Source of the DNA: Octopus sinensis
Lineage: Eukaryota
Assembly (NCBI RefSeq): GCF_006345805.1
Contig: NC_042998.1
Coordinates: forward strand, 173,104,001 to 173,168,000
Reading direction: 5' to 3'
Length of the DNA: 64,000 nucleotides
Below the pieces are notes generated by a model, which saw only the letters and a list, made by a program, of their open reading frames with translations, was not told the origin of the DNA and did no database searches. Position numbers and translations under genes: made by a program. Of the stretch, positions 26,600 through 39,888 are shown one piece after another; within the stretch, counting starts at the first letter, position 1; each line of letters opens with the position of its first letter.

Positions 26600-26808
26600 A
26601 AGAAGAAGAAGAAGAAACAACAACAACAACTACGTCGGGAAAATACCTTAGGAATGAGAACCCAGGTTCGAAATACCCCTAGGACACCCGATGAAGGCTG
26701 GGGAGTACATCAGCCGAAACGTTGGGTTAACAACAAACAAGATGAGAAAAAATGTAAATAATGTAAATAATGTACATAATTCCTCGTCTCTCAAATATAG
26801 AACTGTAT
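25837..26808 (-). mobile_element. Penelope-like element fragment: GIY-YIG endonuclease with a 3' pLTR and an inverted 5' pLTR
   Basis: ORF 26178-26465: YNGVTCRPLKIMLRLHRK..DKSGIDDHVW..WDNVTVIDRE..RKLK. 25837-25965 and 26633-26808 are inverted copies of each other. Confidence 0.8.
26683..26728 (+). ncRNA. Minimal type I hammerhead ribozyme in Penelope pLTR (core CCGAUGA, U4C)
   Basis: gacac-ccgatga-a-ggctg(loop)cagcc-gaaa-cg-tt-gggtt. The sister pLTR has gtgtt, which would complete stem I. Confidence 0.6.
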
Positions 26809-26903
26809 AATAAATAAATTGATTATTCCGTGTATGCATTCTCCATTTTCTTTGTGTGTACACGCACACTACACACACACACACACACACCACACACACA
26901 CAC

Positions 26904-26949
<46 letters not shown>

Positions 26950-26953
<4 letters not shown>

Positions 26954-27130
26954 CCTTGGGGTTGGCCAGATTGGAGCAATCTCAAAATAATCAGCCGAAA
27001 TTGCGAAGACAATCTGGTACTTGACTGAGAATAGGAAACTTCGAATGACCAGTCCTTGTCTTCTTTGTATCGTTTATCTGGATGTCTTGTTGTCCCATTT
27101 TTGTCTCTTTCATTCTTTTGTTGTCTCACC
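26950..27130 (+). repeat. Repeat family R4 (probable PLE-derived)
   Basis: ggggttggcc...ggagcaat...aatcagccgaaatt...cttcgaatgacc is shared with 46810-47070 and, in reverse, 61435-61640. Confidence 0.6.
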
Positions 27131-27170
<40 letters not shown>

Positions 27171-27174
<4 letters not shown>

Positions 27175-27357
27175 AGAATTAACAAAAAAACAAAAGACAA
27201 AGACAGGTGATGTAGAAAACAAACAGTTGTATTAGTATAACGCTCGGGAACTGAAAAAGTATTTAACGTTTCGAGCCTAAGCCCTTCCACAGAAAGGAAC
27301 ACAGAAAGAAACATGGAGAGAAAAAAAATATGTGTTGTGGCTAGCGATCTATCATGG
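27171..27357 (-). mobile_element. R1-related repeat (R3) with hammerhead-like motif (core CUGUGGA)
   Basis: Minus strand ttt-ctgtgga-a-gggc(ttag)gctc-gaaa-cg-tt-aaa at about 27262-27295. Overall layout matches R1. Confidence 0.6.
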
Positions 27358-27362
27358 CGAAC

Positions 27363-27439
27363 GGTCGCCCGGTCCAAGAATCGAAACCACAATCTTACGA
27401 TGATGATGCTGATACCCTAACCACTAGGCCACGCGCCTC

Positions 27440-27440
<1 letters not shown>
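27363..27440 (-). mobile_element. tRNA-like SINE head
   Basis: A box tggcctagtggttagg and B box ggtttcgattc. No CCA end or full cloverleaf. Confidence 0.65.
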
Positions 27441-27471
<31 letters not shown>

Positions 27472-27473
27472 CG

Positions 27474-27512
<39 letters not shown>

Positions 27513-28354
27513 TTACATACATACATACTTATGACATATGTGTGTGTGTATTTGTGGGGCGGGTGTTTGTATTACTGTGTCGTTGCCTTGACATCGCGTG
27601 ATAGTTGTGTAAGCAAGTGTTACTGTAATGCTTACGACGCCCTTTGTTTCCAATGTTCGATGAAAACTTATCGGGGCGTGGTGAAATATTTTCTTCCTTG
27701 GATCAGGTAAGGGTTAATGACAGAGTGGCTATCCGGCAGTTCAGATTCCGTCTAAACTATGCAAGCATGCAGCAGTTGGTGCAAATGGTATTTTCAACTG
27801 CGATGTTACAACTGTGTCTGATGGTCCAAGTCCTTCAATTCTTTGTACGTATGCTGACACTAATGAATGTTTTTATTTACCACAGATCTGCTGCGCCGTT
27901 TTCTGTCATTTAAAAAAAATCTGTCTGCAGTTTTGACGACACGGACATGTTAGTAATATAATTTAATATAATATACACATACATATATGATATAATATAA
28001 TATAATATAATATATAATATAATATAATATATAATATAATATAATATATATATATACATACACACACACACAAACACACACACATATGCATACGTATATA
28101 TGCGTGCTCACACAAACACATGCACAAGCATACACACACACATACACAGAACAAGAGACGAGAATAATGGGACAGAAAAATACCGGAAGACACGTTCCCA
28201 GAGCTCTTGCTGCTTGGTTGAAATATCAAGCCTTCTTATTTAGTTTTAGATTTGAAGATATAGCCATAGGATATGAGAGAAAATCAACAGAGAGAAGTAA
28301 TGAGGAGTAGATCTGTATAATACCCGTATGAGAAAAGGTATGCATACAAGTATG

Positions 28355-28757
28355 CTGGTTTCAAACGCCAGCAATTTCGGGAGAGGAGTTACGTCGACCC
28401 CATGCTGAACGTTACTTTTTTTTTTATCAACACTCAAATTATGAAAGACAAAGACGACCTCGACGAAATTTAAACTCTGAACGTAAAGACAAATGAAAGG
28501 CAAAGTCGACCTCGGTGGAATTTGAACTCAGAACGTAGCGGCAGATGAAATACCTATTTCTTTACTACCCACAAGGGGCTAAACACAAAGGGGGCGAACA
28601 AGGACAGACAAACGGATTAAGTCGATTATATCGACCCCAGTGCGTAACTGGTACTTAATTTATCGACCCCGAAAGGATGAAAGGCAAAGTCGACCTCGGC
28701 GGAATTTGAACTCAGAACGTAGTGGCAGACGAAATACCGCACTTTGCTCGGCATGCT
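28355..28757 (-). mobile_element. Multimeric SINE A/B
   Basis: Junction gaaatacctatttc at 28547-28560, with a degenerate distal body. Confidence 0.8.
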
Positions 28758-29325
28758 ATTGAATCGTTAATGAATTTGCTTAACATCTAATTTATATTTG
28801 AATCTGCATATTACTTTAAAAGCAAGTCCATGCAGAAAGGGTAAGCTACCAATATTTAAATCAACATATGAATAATTTTCAATGGATATCTTTTCATCTC
28901 ATTATAGCGGATGTTACTGTTTTAAACATAAAATATGAGGAATTCACTCGACTTCGTTTCGAGAGGTAACCGGCAACAACTGGTGTAGTCACATTAATGT
29001 TATAGTGGTATATGTCGTTTGCTGGGCATATTAAGTCTGGAGGAGCTCGTCCTTGGCCTGAAAAATAGATAATTTCTGTCCTTAAAGATAGCGACAAGAG
29101 AAAGAGGTAAAAATACATCGGCCTTGGTACTCAACTGTTACTTTTCTATTGGTCCTTAAAAATAAAGGCATGTGTAAATTTAGTGGGATTTGAACTCAGA
29201 GCGCAGTGCCGTATGAGTCCCGTTCTATTTTATTCCCTAATGGATCTCTTAGCACGTCGCTTAATGTCTGCACTGTTTAGAGCTGGTTCAGAATTTAATT
29301 TAGTTTATTCGTTGCTGTTGCTGTT

Positions 29326-29665
29326 GAGCGAAACGGTCTTCGTCCCAGTGGGAGAAGTCCGAAACGTGGTCCTTTGCTATTCGTAAGACCCGCAGAAGAG
29401 AAAGCAGGTCAACCCCCGACACCGAGAGCATCGACGGATGGATGAATGCGCATCCAAGCTCAGCGGTTGCGTAGAAAGTCGGGGACAAGAAACAGGAAGA
29501 AAGAGTGAGAGAAAGTTGGGGCGAAAGAGTACAACAGGGGTCGCCACCATCCCCTGCCGGAGCCTCGTGGTTCTTTAGGTGTTTTCGCTCAATAAACACA
29601 CACAACGAGACCGCGATCCTCCGACCGCGAGTCCTCTGCCCTAACCACTGGGCCATTGCGCCACC
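29326..29665 (-). mobile_element. tRNA-derived SINE family E with 13-bp TSD
   Basis: A box tggcccagtggttagg. Identical flanks tgctgttgctgtt at 29313-29325 and 29666-29678. Confidence 0.8.
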
Positions 29666-30432
29666 TGCTGTTGCTGTTAAGCCCAAGATTACCCATCGTT
29701 CAGCCAATTTATGATTAGAGGTATTCCAACCATGAGAATCCGGGACTTTATATATCAGAAATTACATTGTTCTCTGCCTTCTTTTCTTTCTTATAGACGG
29801 TAGCACGTGGTCAGGACGGGAACTCGCTGCCTTCCAATAAACATAGCATAAAATTTCATTAAAATGCTTATGAAGTCTGATGTTTCCACTTGCAATCTTC
29901 AAACAGCTATAAATAGAAAACAGTATGACATTTCTAATAGAATGTTCATTTCTTATTGAGAAACAGGCTTCCTGTGGTGCCAGAAACCCTCTTACTGTTA
30001 TCATTATTGTGATCCATGAAAATGTTTCTTTAATGCATTGGGTATAGTTTGGCGCCGGGGCACAAATTGAATAATAGTTATTGTTGTAGCTGGTTTTTTT
30101 TTCTTTTCTGTCATGTTCTCAGGTGCTGCGCTATAAATTCAATTGATATACATGCTCACAACTTAATGTTCCATATGACACGTTAGTAACGTTAGTTTCT
30201 TTGTTTCTGCGCAACTGAAAATTAATATCCTCCTATCGAATCCAGTTGGTAACTTGATGAAATTGATGCATATTAATATACTTATCTTAAATCCCTATCC
30301 TCTCTCTCTCTCTCTCTCTCACTCTTTCTTTCCGCGCACACACCCACGCACACACGGACACAGACACACACACACAAATAATCTAACACACAAACATGCA
30401 TACACTTACATACATATACTTATATAATATTC

Positions 30433-30501
<69 letters not shown>

Positions 30502-32284
30502 ACAGATTTTTTTCTTTTATAACTGTTTCATGCACGTATATTTATATACATGCACGTATATTTATATACGTGCATGTTAAATGTTTTTTAATTTTTATTT
30601 TATACTTTTCACATTTTCCTTTTAAGCTTTTTACAGTTGGTTTGGAGCAATAGAGTTCCGATATCCGGATCCGATATTTCCAGGCCTTCATAGTCTTATC
30701 TTCGAGAATTGGATTGAATATATTTGACGCCTCTATTGTTTCTTATGTACTGATTGAATTCGTGCAAACTTTTCCGTGCAGTGGTTAATATATGCTTGGG
30801 GTGGGAGTGCACACAATGTGTGGTGAAAGGAGAAGCGACAAATGATTTGAGAGTGCTGTAGTGAAAATTGTACGTGTCCCATCAGCTGAAGGTCACGCAT
30901 AAAGAGGAGTTAACCGAAAAACAGACAACGTAGTTCTGCAAATCACCTTTTTAATATCCTGCCTAAGATATCAGTATAAATAAAAGACCATATATACTAC
31001 TATATTGCAATATCCACATAAATTATTCGTAGGGGTATTTTCTTCATTATCTTTCTGTTACGGTTAGCTAATGTTATCAGAGCTATTTTACTTCGCTCCA
31101 TAAAATTCTACTTCACTGTAACTTTCAAAATTCTTTCTGTATATGTTAGTGGTACCATTCATTTGCATCAAGCATAGTTTATTTAATTCCGCAGTTTATA
31201 TTACGAAGAAAATGCCAGCTTAATTCTGTTAGCGTGTAAGGATTTGATGTCGAACAAGTTTCTCCTTGTAATATGGATTTTGCTAAGTCATTTGTTGCGC
31301 AAGAACATGTCTTTAAAATAAAAATTTTAAATAAAGAAATGTTATAACTTACATTAATCAATTACAATCATGTTTTTAAGTTGCTTAATTTACAACATGT
31401 TTGGCTTCATGCACCAATAACTTTCGTCTTAAAAGAAGTACTTATCAGATAATGTTGCTCTTGATTACTGAAATGAAGAGAGATAGGGTTTTAATATGTT
31501 GATTAACGCTTCGCTTGATACGGATTAACTAAGGGTTAATTGCAACAACGATAATTCTCTTTCCAGTCTCTAAATTTGTGACTCTTGGCAATTGTAGCAG
31601 TAATAAATTTACCTTCAAATTTCTTGAACATATAACAAAATGATGTCAGGTTTAATTCTATGGCACCGCTTTATGTTCGATTCCCAACCAGGTCGACATC
31701 GCCTTCGATCTCTCCGAGGCCAACAAAATAGGTAGCAGTTAATTATTTTGACTCAGAAAGGAGTTGATTTGATCGTGTGTCTTCCGGCAATTTCGTTTCT
31801 TTCCTTTTAATGCTGGAAATCATTCTTATTAATATTTTCGTATTCGATTTAAAATGATCATGTAGTCTGGATTTCAGCTGATAGTGATGCTATTTCTTTG
31901 CACTTGTAAGCTATAATTTCTATTATTATCATTATCTTGAGGAGAAAAGATAAGAGAATGAAAGCTGAAGGAAAGTAGAGAGGGCGTGTCTAGGAATCTT
32001 CCCTCTTTGGTGGAGAATAATTGTTTTAATATTTATCTGGTTTTTTTTCAGTAGCTCAGTATTTCAATAGGAATGTTAACAATGTCAACACTGCATTGTT
32101 GACGAAGGAGAAGAGACCCATTGAGAGATAACAACGATAGAAAAAGTGATGACTCTGCAAAATCATTATAAACTATTGTTATTTAGCCGGCTGGATAGTG
32201 AAAATTTTATAATCATATGTAGGAATACCAACCACGTTTCGTGGTTTACTACCTCAACAGCTCCTTTATAGGATCCAGTGGCTA

Positions 32285-35200
32285 AAGACATCATCAGGAG
32301 AAATCACGTCCGGTTTCGGCCCCTACTCCGTTTACGACGTGGCAGAGCCCCACCTTTCGGAGGGTGTCTTCAGCTCTGATGTAGAGTGCATTTTTTCTTT
32401 CTTTCTTTTGTCTTCTGTTCCCTGGGCTCTTTGATGCAGCGTTAACGAGTGTCAGCGGGTGACTAACCATCTTGCCAAATTTCCCTTTAAATACTTGCTG
32501 GTAGGCTCCAGTAGCTAGCACCAGATAGTCGTTACATGACACTATCTAAACTTCAACTGATCAATGGAGGGGAAGGGCATATAATCTTAGTCCGCGCTCT
32601 CTCTAAACATGCCTTCCAACAGTGTCGTGTTAGTTTCAGTTCCAACAGCCAGAGCCGACCAGCTGTTTGGTGGTACAAGCCTTCGAACCAGGAGGAAGGG
32701 ACGCCATGAACGACACTGCTTCCTGTCAATCAGCGATGCTGCTTACGTGTCAGCCAGTCTCACCTAGCGACGCTATTTCCCAATTCGCATGTTATGGCTT
32801 TCAAGCCATTTTTGGTCTTCCCGCTTCAGCCATATATAGAAGCTAGCTTTTTCGACTGCCTCCTGTATCCGCCTTATTACTTTTCTCAAAAATGCAAACC
32901 TTTTGAATAACGTTATCATTTTCCTTTCAATGAAGCCTCTAGCACCCACTGCCAGGTGGTAATACTCGACAGTCCATCCCTGTTCTCTGCACTCTTCGAT
33001 TAATTTTTCGTACCTCTTCTCCGTCCGTTGCTCTGCATTAGCGATGTTCTCTTCCCATGGCACTGTCAGCTCTAGCGAAATTTCAATTCTCCGTTCTGTG
33101 TTCCATAGGATTAAATCCGGTCTTTTTGTCGTTTATATGAGTGGAAATATTAACAATCTTTCCAAATCCGTGGCCAGCTCCCAGTATCCCTTCCATCTTT
33201 CGTCTGTCTGATATATTTTATTTGAAGGCTTGACCGTATTCTTTTCCCCTTTTTCTGGAAGTATATTTTTTTGCGCTTTCCCACTTTTGGGTACTCTCCG
33301 CTATTATAACCCTCGATCTTCTTGAGTGCTGCGATTATGGCGCCGATGACTGGATTGTCACGCCATGTATATCTGTCTAGTGCTAACCTGCAGTTTGACA
33401 GAACATGCCTTACCGAAGCTTTCTCTCCGCATCTACATTCATCAGTTCGCCGGTGAGGGTTAAAACGTCGAAGGTAGAATTGATCAGGAACGATATCCTT
33501 GCTTGTTCCCACGCCCAAAGTTCCTTCCATGAGATCCTGCAACTGATCACATATTCCTCCCATCTCAGGCACTGTCCCTCTTCACAACATTGCACCAAAT
33601 GTACATTTCGCCTTTCTTCTTTCTCCTTTCTCACTTCGTGTACCACTGCCTCTTTCATCTCTTTTACACCGCTCTTGCAAAATTGCCTGAAATTGTGCAA
33701 CCCTAGACCGGTTCTTGCTTCTTGCATCGCTCCGACTATGTCGGCGTACCTTAGCTTTCCGATCGCCCTGCTTACTGCCTCTTCCGCTTTCCATTTCCTC
33801 CCTGTTCGTACCTTGTCCTTGTCTTTCCTGCCTTATATTTTTCGGCGACTGATGTTATTGGTAGTTGCAGCACGGGTTTTTCGTATAGTGCAGTTGTATT
33901 AAGTGGTTTTGGAAGACCAATCCATTTTCTGATAAACACACAGCATCTTTGTTCCATCCTTTCTACCCTACTCGAAGCTATTTCGTACATTTGCAGTGAC
34001 CACATTATCCTTGGGTGCAGTACAAATTGCAATATCCAACATTTGAATTTTCCCGGTAAGGTTGTTCTGTCAACTGCCTTTCGTTCTTGTTCCACTAACT
34101 CGTGTGTTTCTTTGCTTTGCTTCTTATCATTTGGTAAATCTCTGTACCATCTGCCGAGACTCTACTGGTTGTTCTTTCACCGTTGGTATATCTTCACCTC
34201 CTATCCTGAATTTCACTTCTTCTTGCACTCCTTTCACAAAAGCCACGCTTCAATATGTTTTGGCTTTGAATTTCATTCTTGCCCATCCTATTAGTTCGTC
34301 CAACCGCTCTAATGTTCCATCTGCTGCTTCTCTACTTTCCGATAATACAGTTACGTCGTCCATAAAAGCCCTTAATGGTGTCTTTGTAACAGATTTCTCA
34401 CAGTTTGTTGATCTTAGTAACATCTCCATGGCTAGCACAAATAAGATGACTGATATCGTGCATCCAGCTGCAATACCTACTTCAAGCCGTTGCCACCCCG
34501 TTGTAAACTTTCCTGCTGTAAAGCACATCCTCAAGTTATCGTAGTAACACATGAGCATTCGTTGAACATCCTCTGGAATCAAAAATATGTTCATAGCTAC
34601 TTGATTTAGTGCGTGAGGAACAGATCCATATACATTGGCAAGATCTAACCATACAATGTACAGGTTTTCTTCAGTTGTTTTGCACAGGTGATAACTTCCC
34701 AGAGGGCAAATGCATGTTATATGCACCCAGGGATCCCTACTTTTGGGATTGCTTCATTAACATATCCGTTATGCTGTACAAATCTTATGATTCATGTAGC
34801 AATAATTCCAAACATGATTTTCCTATCAGTATTGAATAATGAAATGGATCTGAATTGCCCTAGTGTTTTTGCCTCTTTCTCTTTAGATAAATGGATACCT
34901 TCAGCTACTCACCTTCGCTCCGCTATGTCTTTCTTCTTCCACATTTCTTTTATCAGTGCAAACGTAATTTCGGGCAATACTTATACACCTTGTAGCTTAC
35001 TCCATCGTTCCCAGGTGAATTTTTTGCTCTTGCTTTTCTTATGATATCATCCATTTCTTTTCGTCCGACGTCACTCGATTCAAATGGTACCCTTGGTTCA
35101 GGTGGTTTCTTCAGCCCGTGCATTTCTGGGAGTACTTTATTTATGTCAGAGTAGTCATTCTTGCAACCTTGTCGTCGAATTTTTTATAGCTCCAGCCATC

Positions 35201-35720
35201 ATTTGCTTTCAGCCACTTAATCTTCACGCCTATCACTATTTTGGCTTCTTCACGCCTATCACTTGTTTTGGCTGTTCCGATTCAACTGTGGAATGACCCT
35301 CGCTATGGTTTCTTTCCAGAAGGTTCTGGCCACACGTCTTATTGTTTTTCAACCCACACTATTGAATTACTTTCCTCTGACACACCTTCCTTTGATGAAT
35401 TCTCAGCCCGATGTAACCAGCAAACACCTTTCCGCAGCAGCTGAATTCCTCATCGACCATTCCTTTACCGCTTCCTTTCTCATTGTCCATTTCCAGTCCA
35501 GGTCCATTCCTTTTTTTCCGTTCCTGTTTGATCCTTTATTCCCCCAGCCCGTGCTCCGGGATCATGGGGGCATGGTTTATCATGCTTACTTGTTGCAACT
35601 AACCCCGGATCGGGCTGCAAGCCCATTTGATCCTTCGTTATGCTGTCGTACTATCAAGCTTCTATCCGCTTTGTCATCGCGCTTTGTGAATAATAACGAC
35701 ACCCCAGCATCACAACCGAT
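32285..35720 (-). mobile_element. Near full-length HERO-like RLE non-LTR retrotransposon, frameshifted
   Basis: N-terminal SCCGK..GLRIHQRKVC; VWLDLANVYGSVPH; WQRLEVGIAAGCTISVILFVLAME; RAFMDD; KEETCPSQC-type knuckle region CRCGEKASVRHVLSNC; PWEEN..KRYEKLIEEC..GW..VGARGF. About 480-nt 3' UTR. Confidence 0.85.
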
Positions 35721-35929
35721 AAACTGCAACAAGTATAATTAGTAAAAAGGTAACAGCTGGTATCGTGCAGGTTCAAATGAGCCAATCTCTGAGTTACTGC
35801 ATCGAAAGCCATAATATATTTCTATTCAAAAGCACCCGTGTATCAATGAAATATGTGTGCGATGGTGTGTGTGCTTGGTGTGTGCGTGTGTGTGTGTATG
35901 TGTGTGTGTGTGTGTGTGAGCGTGTGTGT

Positions 35930-35971
<42 letters not shown>

Positions 35972-37662
35972 TGTGTGTATTTGTCTGTTTGTGCATGCGT
36001 GTTGTAGACTTCCAATTAATTCGTATCACGAAACAGATGTCCCGTAGAACCTTTGTAGAAATAGGCTACATTTATTGCCGAAGCCAGCTTCTTTTATATT
36101 CTGGAATGGTGTACATAATACCCATTGAACTTCATCAATCCAATATACAAGTATCATGATTTTATTTTCTCGTAGAATGGATATTTGATTTACATGCATT
36201 CGTGAACTAACCAGGTTCTTTTACAAGAAATGAATATAGAATTTTGCTAAAATTAATATAGCTAGAAGCATTAATATGATTTTCTTAAAACTTAAAACAA
36301 CAACAAACATAAGGTAGTTCAATTAGATATTCTAGTAACTATCTATTTTATAGAGACACACAATATATGAGTGTGTTGTAATTTATATTTCTCAGTGAGT
36401 CACTCATTAAAAATATCTAAACTCTTGAAATAAATATATTCGTTTTGAGTAGCTTTACAAAAACATTTTCAAGTTTCAAGTTGCTATAAAAAACGCGAAA
36501 TGCATAAATAAAAAGATGCTTTCATTAAATTACAAAATATCTTTTTCCTTCGAAAACAGATTTCTGTCACCACTACTTTAAATTGTGTATAGTGTATACG
36601 TAAAAAACATGGAGTACGCTGATTTTGAGAAGAACGACCAATCGATACTGGAGTGACTGTAGCATATTTCTGCGATACATATTTAATGGGTCACTGGAAC
36701 GTTATTGTGTCTGATGATAGCCAGGTGTAACATGGAGTAGTCTTAGTGCAAGCGAAGCAGAAAGAGAATATATTTAGATTGATCAAGCAGGGGTGACTTT
36801 CGAATTTTGTAGCTTGCTAGCAATTCCATATTATCAGAGACCAAGGCCATGATAATATTTTAAAAGAGCCACATCTGAGATCAGTGACTTTCTACTGCAT
36901 GAGTATGCGAACAGTGAAGCTGTGATTCTATTTTTGTTAAGTACAGCTGAGTGAGCACCATCTATAAATATATTACTATTCCTAGAGTTATCAATACTTG
37001 CCATTATAGGCGGTATAGTCAAAGTACTTTCATTCAAGTTCTCTAATAAGGATTTATGGCAATTTACTTTCTCTGTCGTTACTCATCATTTTCTTTTTAG
37101 AATATATCACAAAACTTCGGGAAAATTTAGTGGTCCACATATGGTTCTAGGTGTCAGTTATTCTTTCAGTAGTTATACAAATAATCAAGTTATTTTGAGA
37201 TCAATGCCATTCACATGTACAAGCATCGCCGTCGCTTTTCGACAGGTCTAAGCTATTTTTCGTTTGATATCTCTTATTTGAAGGCAGCCGTTATGCCTTC
37301 GAATTTTCTTCACCAAGATCTCTACAACCTACTTCAACAGATTCAACACCATCTGGTTTTCCTTGATAATAAATGTCACATGCTTCATTAGTTCCATTTA
37401 TTGCCATTTAATGTATCGAGCCGTAGTCGAAGCCACACATTTTTACCTCAGAACGCTCTATTCAATATTCCTGCATCAAAGCGGTAGCCATTATAAATAG
37501 AATGAGAGTGCACGAGCATCCGGTTGAGTAATATGACTGAATCACCAGCAGCTACAAGAATGTTTTAGTAGCCAATGGTAAGACGTCTGATAAAAAAAGG
37601 GAATGACTTGTCGTCAGACTGCTCAGTAAGGGCTGACTTAGAAATAAACAACAACAGCAGCA

Positions 37663-38196
37663 GGGTGGAGGCGCAATGGCCAAGTGGTTAGGGCAGCGGA
37701 CTTGCGGTCGTAAGAACGCGGTTTCGATTCCCAGCCCGGGCATTGTGAGTGTTTATTGAGCAAAAACACCTAAGCTCCACGAGGCTCAGGCGGGGGAGGG
37801 GTGAACCCCGCATTACTCTTTCACCACAACTTTCTCTCACTCTTTCTTCGTACTTCTGCCACAAAGTAGAGGAACCATGGTGTAACCCATGTGGTAAAAT
37901 TTCAGACCCTAGTCTAGATTGCAAATCCTTTGTACCTCAGGATGGTTCAGCTCTCCATCCGTTAAAAGTCACCGTTTACGGAATGAGGATAATAACGTAG
38001 CTTTCGTGCCCGTGCAACCGCCAGCCTATCGCGTGTGGTGGGTGGATTTCAAGTTGCCGCCGCATTCTTAGTATCTTAGAGTAGGCTCGAATTAGAGATT
38101 ATTCTTTGTGGCTAATGGCGTGAGTCCTGATTGGAAGAAGAAGAAGAAGAAGAAGAAGAAGAAGAAGGAGAAGAAGAAGAAGAAGAAGAAGAAGAG
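37663..38196 (+). mobile_element. SINE family E with alternative tail ending in (GAA)n and a 10-bp TSD
   Basis: Intact A box (tggccaagtggttagg) and B box (ggtttcgattccc). aacagcagca at 37653-37662 and 38197-38206. Confidence 0.75.
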
Positions 38197-38700
38197 AACA
38201 GCAGCAACGGCGGAAACAACAACAACAGCAACTCCATATTGAAAAAACATGTTTATAATAAAAATGAAATATATAAAACTGGGTTTACTTTGCCAGTTTA
38301 TTTGGCCTCACTGATACGGAAGTAATTCTATTGAACATATTTTTGATGTTTGTCAGCGTAAACGATATTTGTATTTATTAGTTACTCAACAGAACAACTA
38401 ACTTTTTTGAAATTATTGACCATAATTACAAAAGGAAGAATATTTCCTGATATTGTCTCTAATAACGACAAAAGACCAACAATATGAAGGGGGAGCGAAT
38501 TTGTTGATATCATTGATTTCATTTTTTAAAATATTACTTTATTTTTAAGGCCCCGAGAGCATGAATGACATAGTTGAACTTATTGAAATTTAAACTCAGA
38601 TTAGGAATAAATAACGCAAAGAATTTTTTTCTGAGATGCTTATGAATCTGCCAGCTCTCCGACCTGTCTTCTGTTATCTATGCTACAATAGTTAATAATA

Positions 38701-38872
38701 GGCACAGGAGTGGCTGTGTGGTAAGTTGCTTGCTTACCAACCACATGGTTCCGGGTTCAGTCTCACAGCGTGGCACCTTGGGCAAGTGTCTTCTACTATA
38801 GCCTCGGGCCGACCAAAGCCTTGTGAGTGGATTTGGTAGACGGAAACGGAAAGAAGCCCGTCGTATATATGC
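38701..38872 (+). mobile_element. SINE family D, 5' half
   Basis: tRNA-like head plus gtggcaccttgggcaagtg core. The 3' half lies at 39880-40092, matching the layout of the uninterrupted copy at 45150-45527. Confidence 0.8.
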
Positions 38873-38956
38873 ATATATATATATATATATATATATACAT
38901 ACACGTTTAAATATTTGTTGTGCAAGATTTTTTATGTGAAGTCGTGTGTTGAAACA

Positions 38957-39838
38957 GATATTGTTATATTTCGGAATGGTCATTTTGCCAGTTTAGCCAA
39001 TAAAAACACACGCACTATATATTTGGTTTTATTTTGCTTCAGTGTTATTTATTTTTTACATTAATCTTAATCTTATTTCGGTCAGAGTTCTTTCGTCACA
39101 CTCCTGCGACCGCATCAGTGGTCCTTTGTTTTCTTCTTTCTTATTTGTGTCTCTCCTTACTAACCGTCAGCCATTTTGTATTTCTATTGTATGTCTTCAC
39201 TTGCGCATGCTTATATCTCTATGTGCGTCTATGTTTATTTGGTGTGTGTATGTGGGGGGATGCCTGTAATATTTGTATCTTCTGTTTATATACGTTCATG
39301 TAATTTGTATTTTGTTTTTGTTGTTGTTGTTTTTGTTTATTCTTATTTTGTTCATGTGTTTACATCCACTTATTATTATCATTACATTTATATTATATTT
39401 CATTCACCGCATGCAGTTCTCAGGTTACAGCCATAAAGAAAGGATCAGAGTATACAAAGGAGCCATGAAGAAATTTGATAATATATTATGTAATGATAGG
39501 AATGGGATTTGCCCACTCTATAGGAACAAGTCATGGAACACTATAGAAAGGACAAAAAAGAAAATAGGGAAGGCCAACCAACTCTTGGTATGATAGCCAT
39601 AAATACCAGAGTGTCATGTTCGTTGACACCACCCCTGGATGTGAACTGGCGTACCGCTTTAGAAGGACCCTAGAGAAACTTAAGCTAAGAATTAAGGAGT
39701 ATGACGAAAGAACTCTGGCCGAAATAAGATTAAGATTAATGTAAAAAATAAATAACACTGAAGCAAAATAACACCAAATATATAGTGCGTGTGTTTTTAT
39801 TGGCTAATCTGGCAAAATGACCATTCCGAAATATAACA

Positions 39839-39843
<5 letters not shown>
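38957..39843 (+). mobile_element. Penelope-like fragment with inverted pLTR, nested in SINE D
   Basis: HRMQFSGYSHKERIRVY..DRNGICPLYRNK..WYDSHKYQSVMFVDTTPGCEL. 38957-39112 is the inverse of 39706-39843. Confidence 0.7.

Positions 39844-39879
<36 letters not shown>

Positions 39880-39888
<9 letters not shown>

Noticed and set aside
32225-32345. Hammerhead at the HERO 3' end (GAAAC...CTGATGA; also CTGTTGA...GAAAC)
   Set aside because: Stems I and III and the NUH site could not be formed in any topology.
37287-37403. Small minus-strand ORF MAINGTNEACDIYYQGKPDG... (and MYCSNGYKAVEKY... at about 21957-22052)
   Set aside because: Short, with no recognisable homology. Expected by chance.
37663-37742. 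Possible tRNA gene (A and B boxes)
   Set aside because: It continues into a SINE body and has a TSD. No complete cloverleaf. Same reasoning for 27363-27440.
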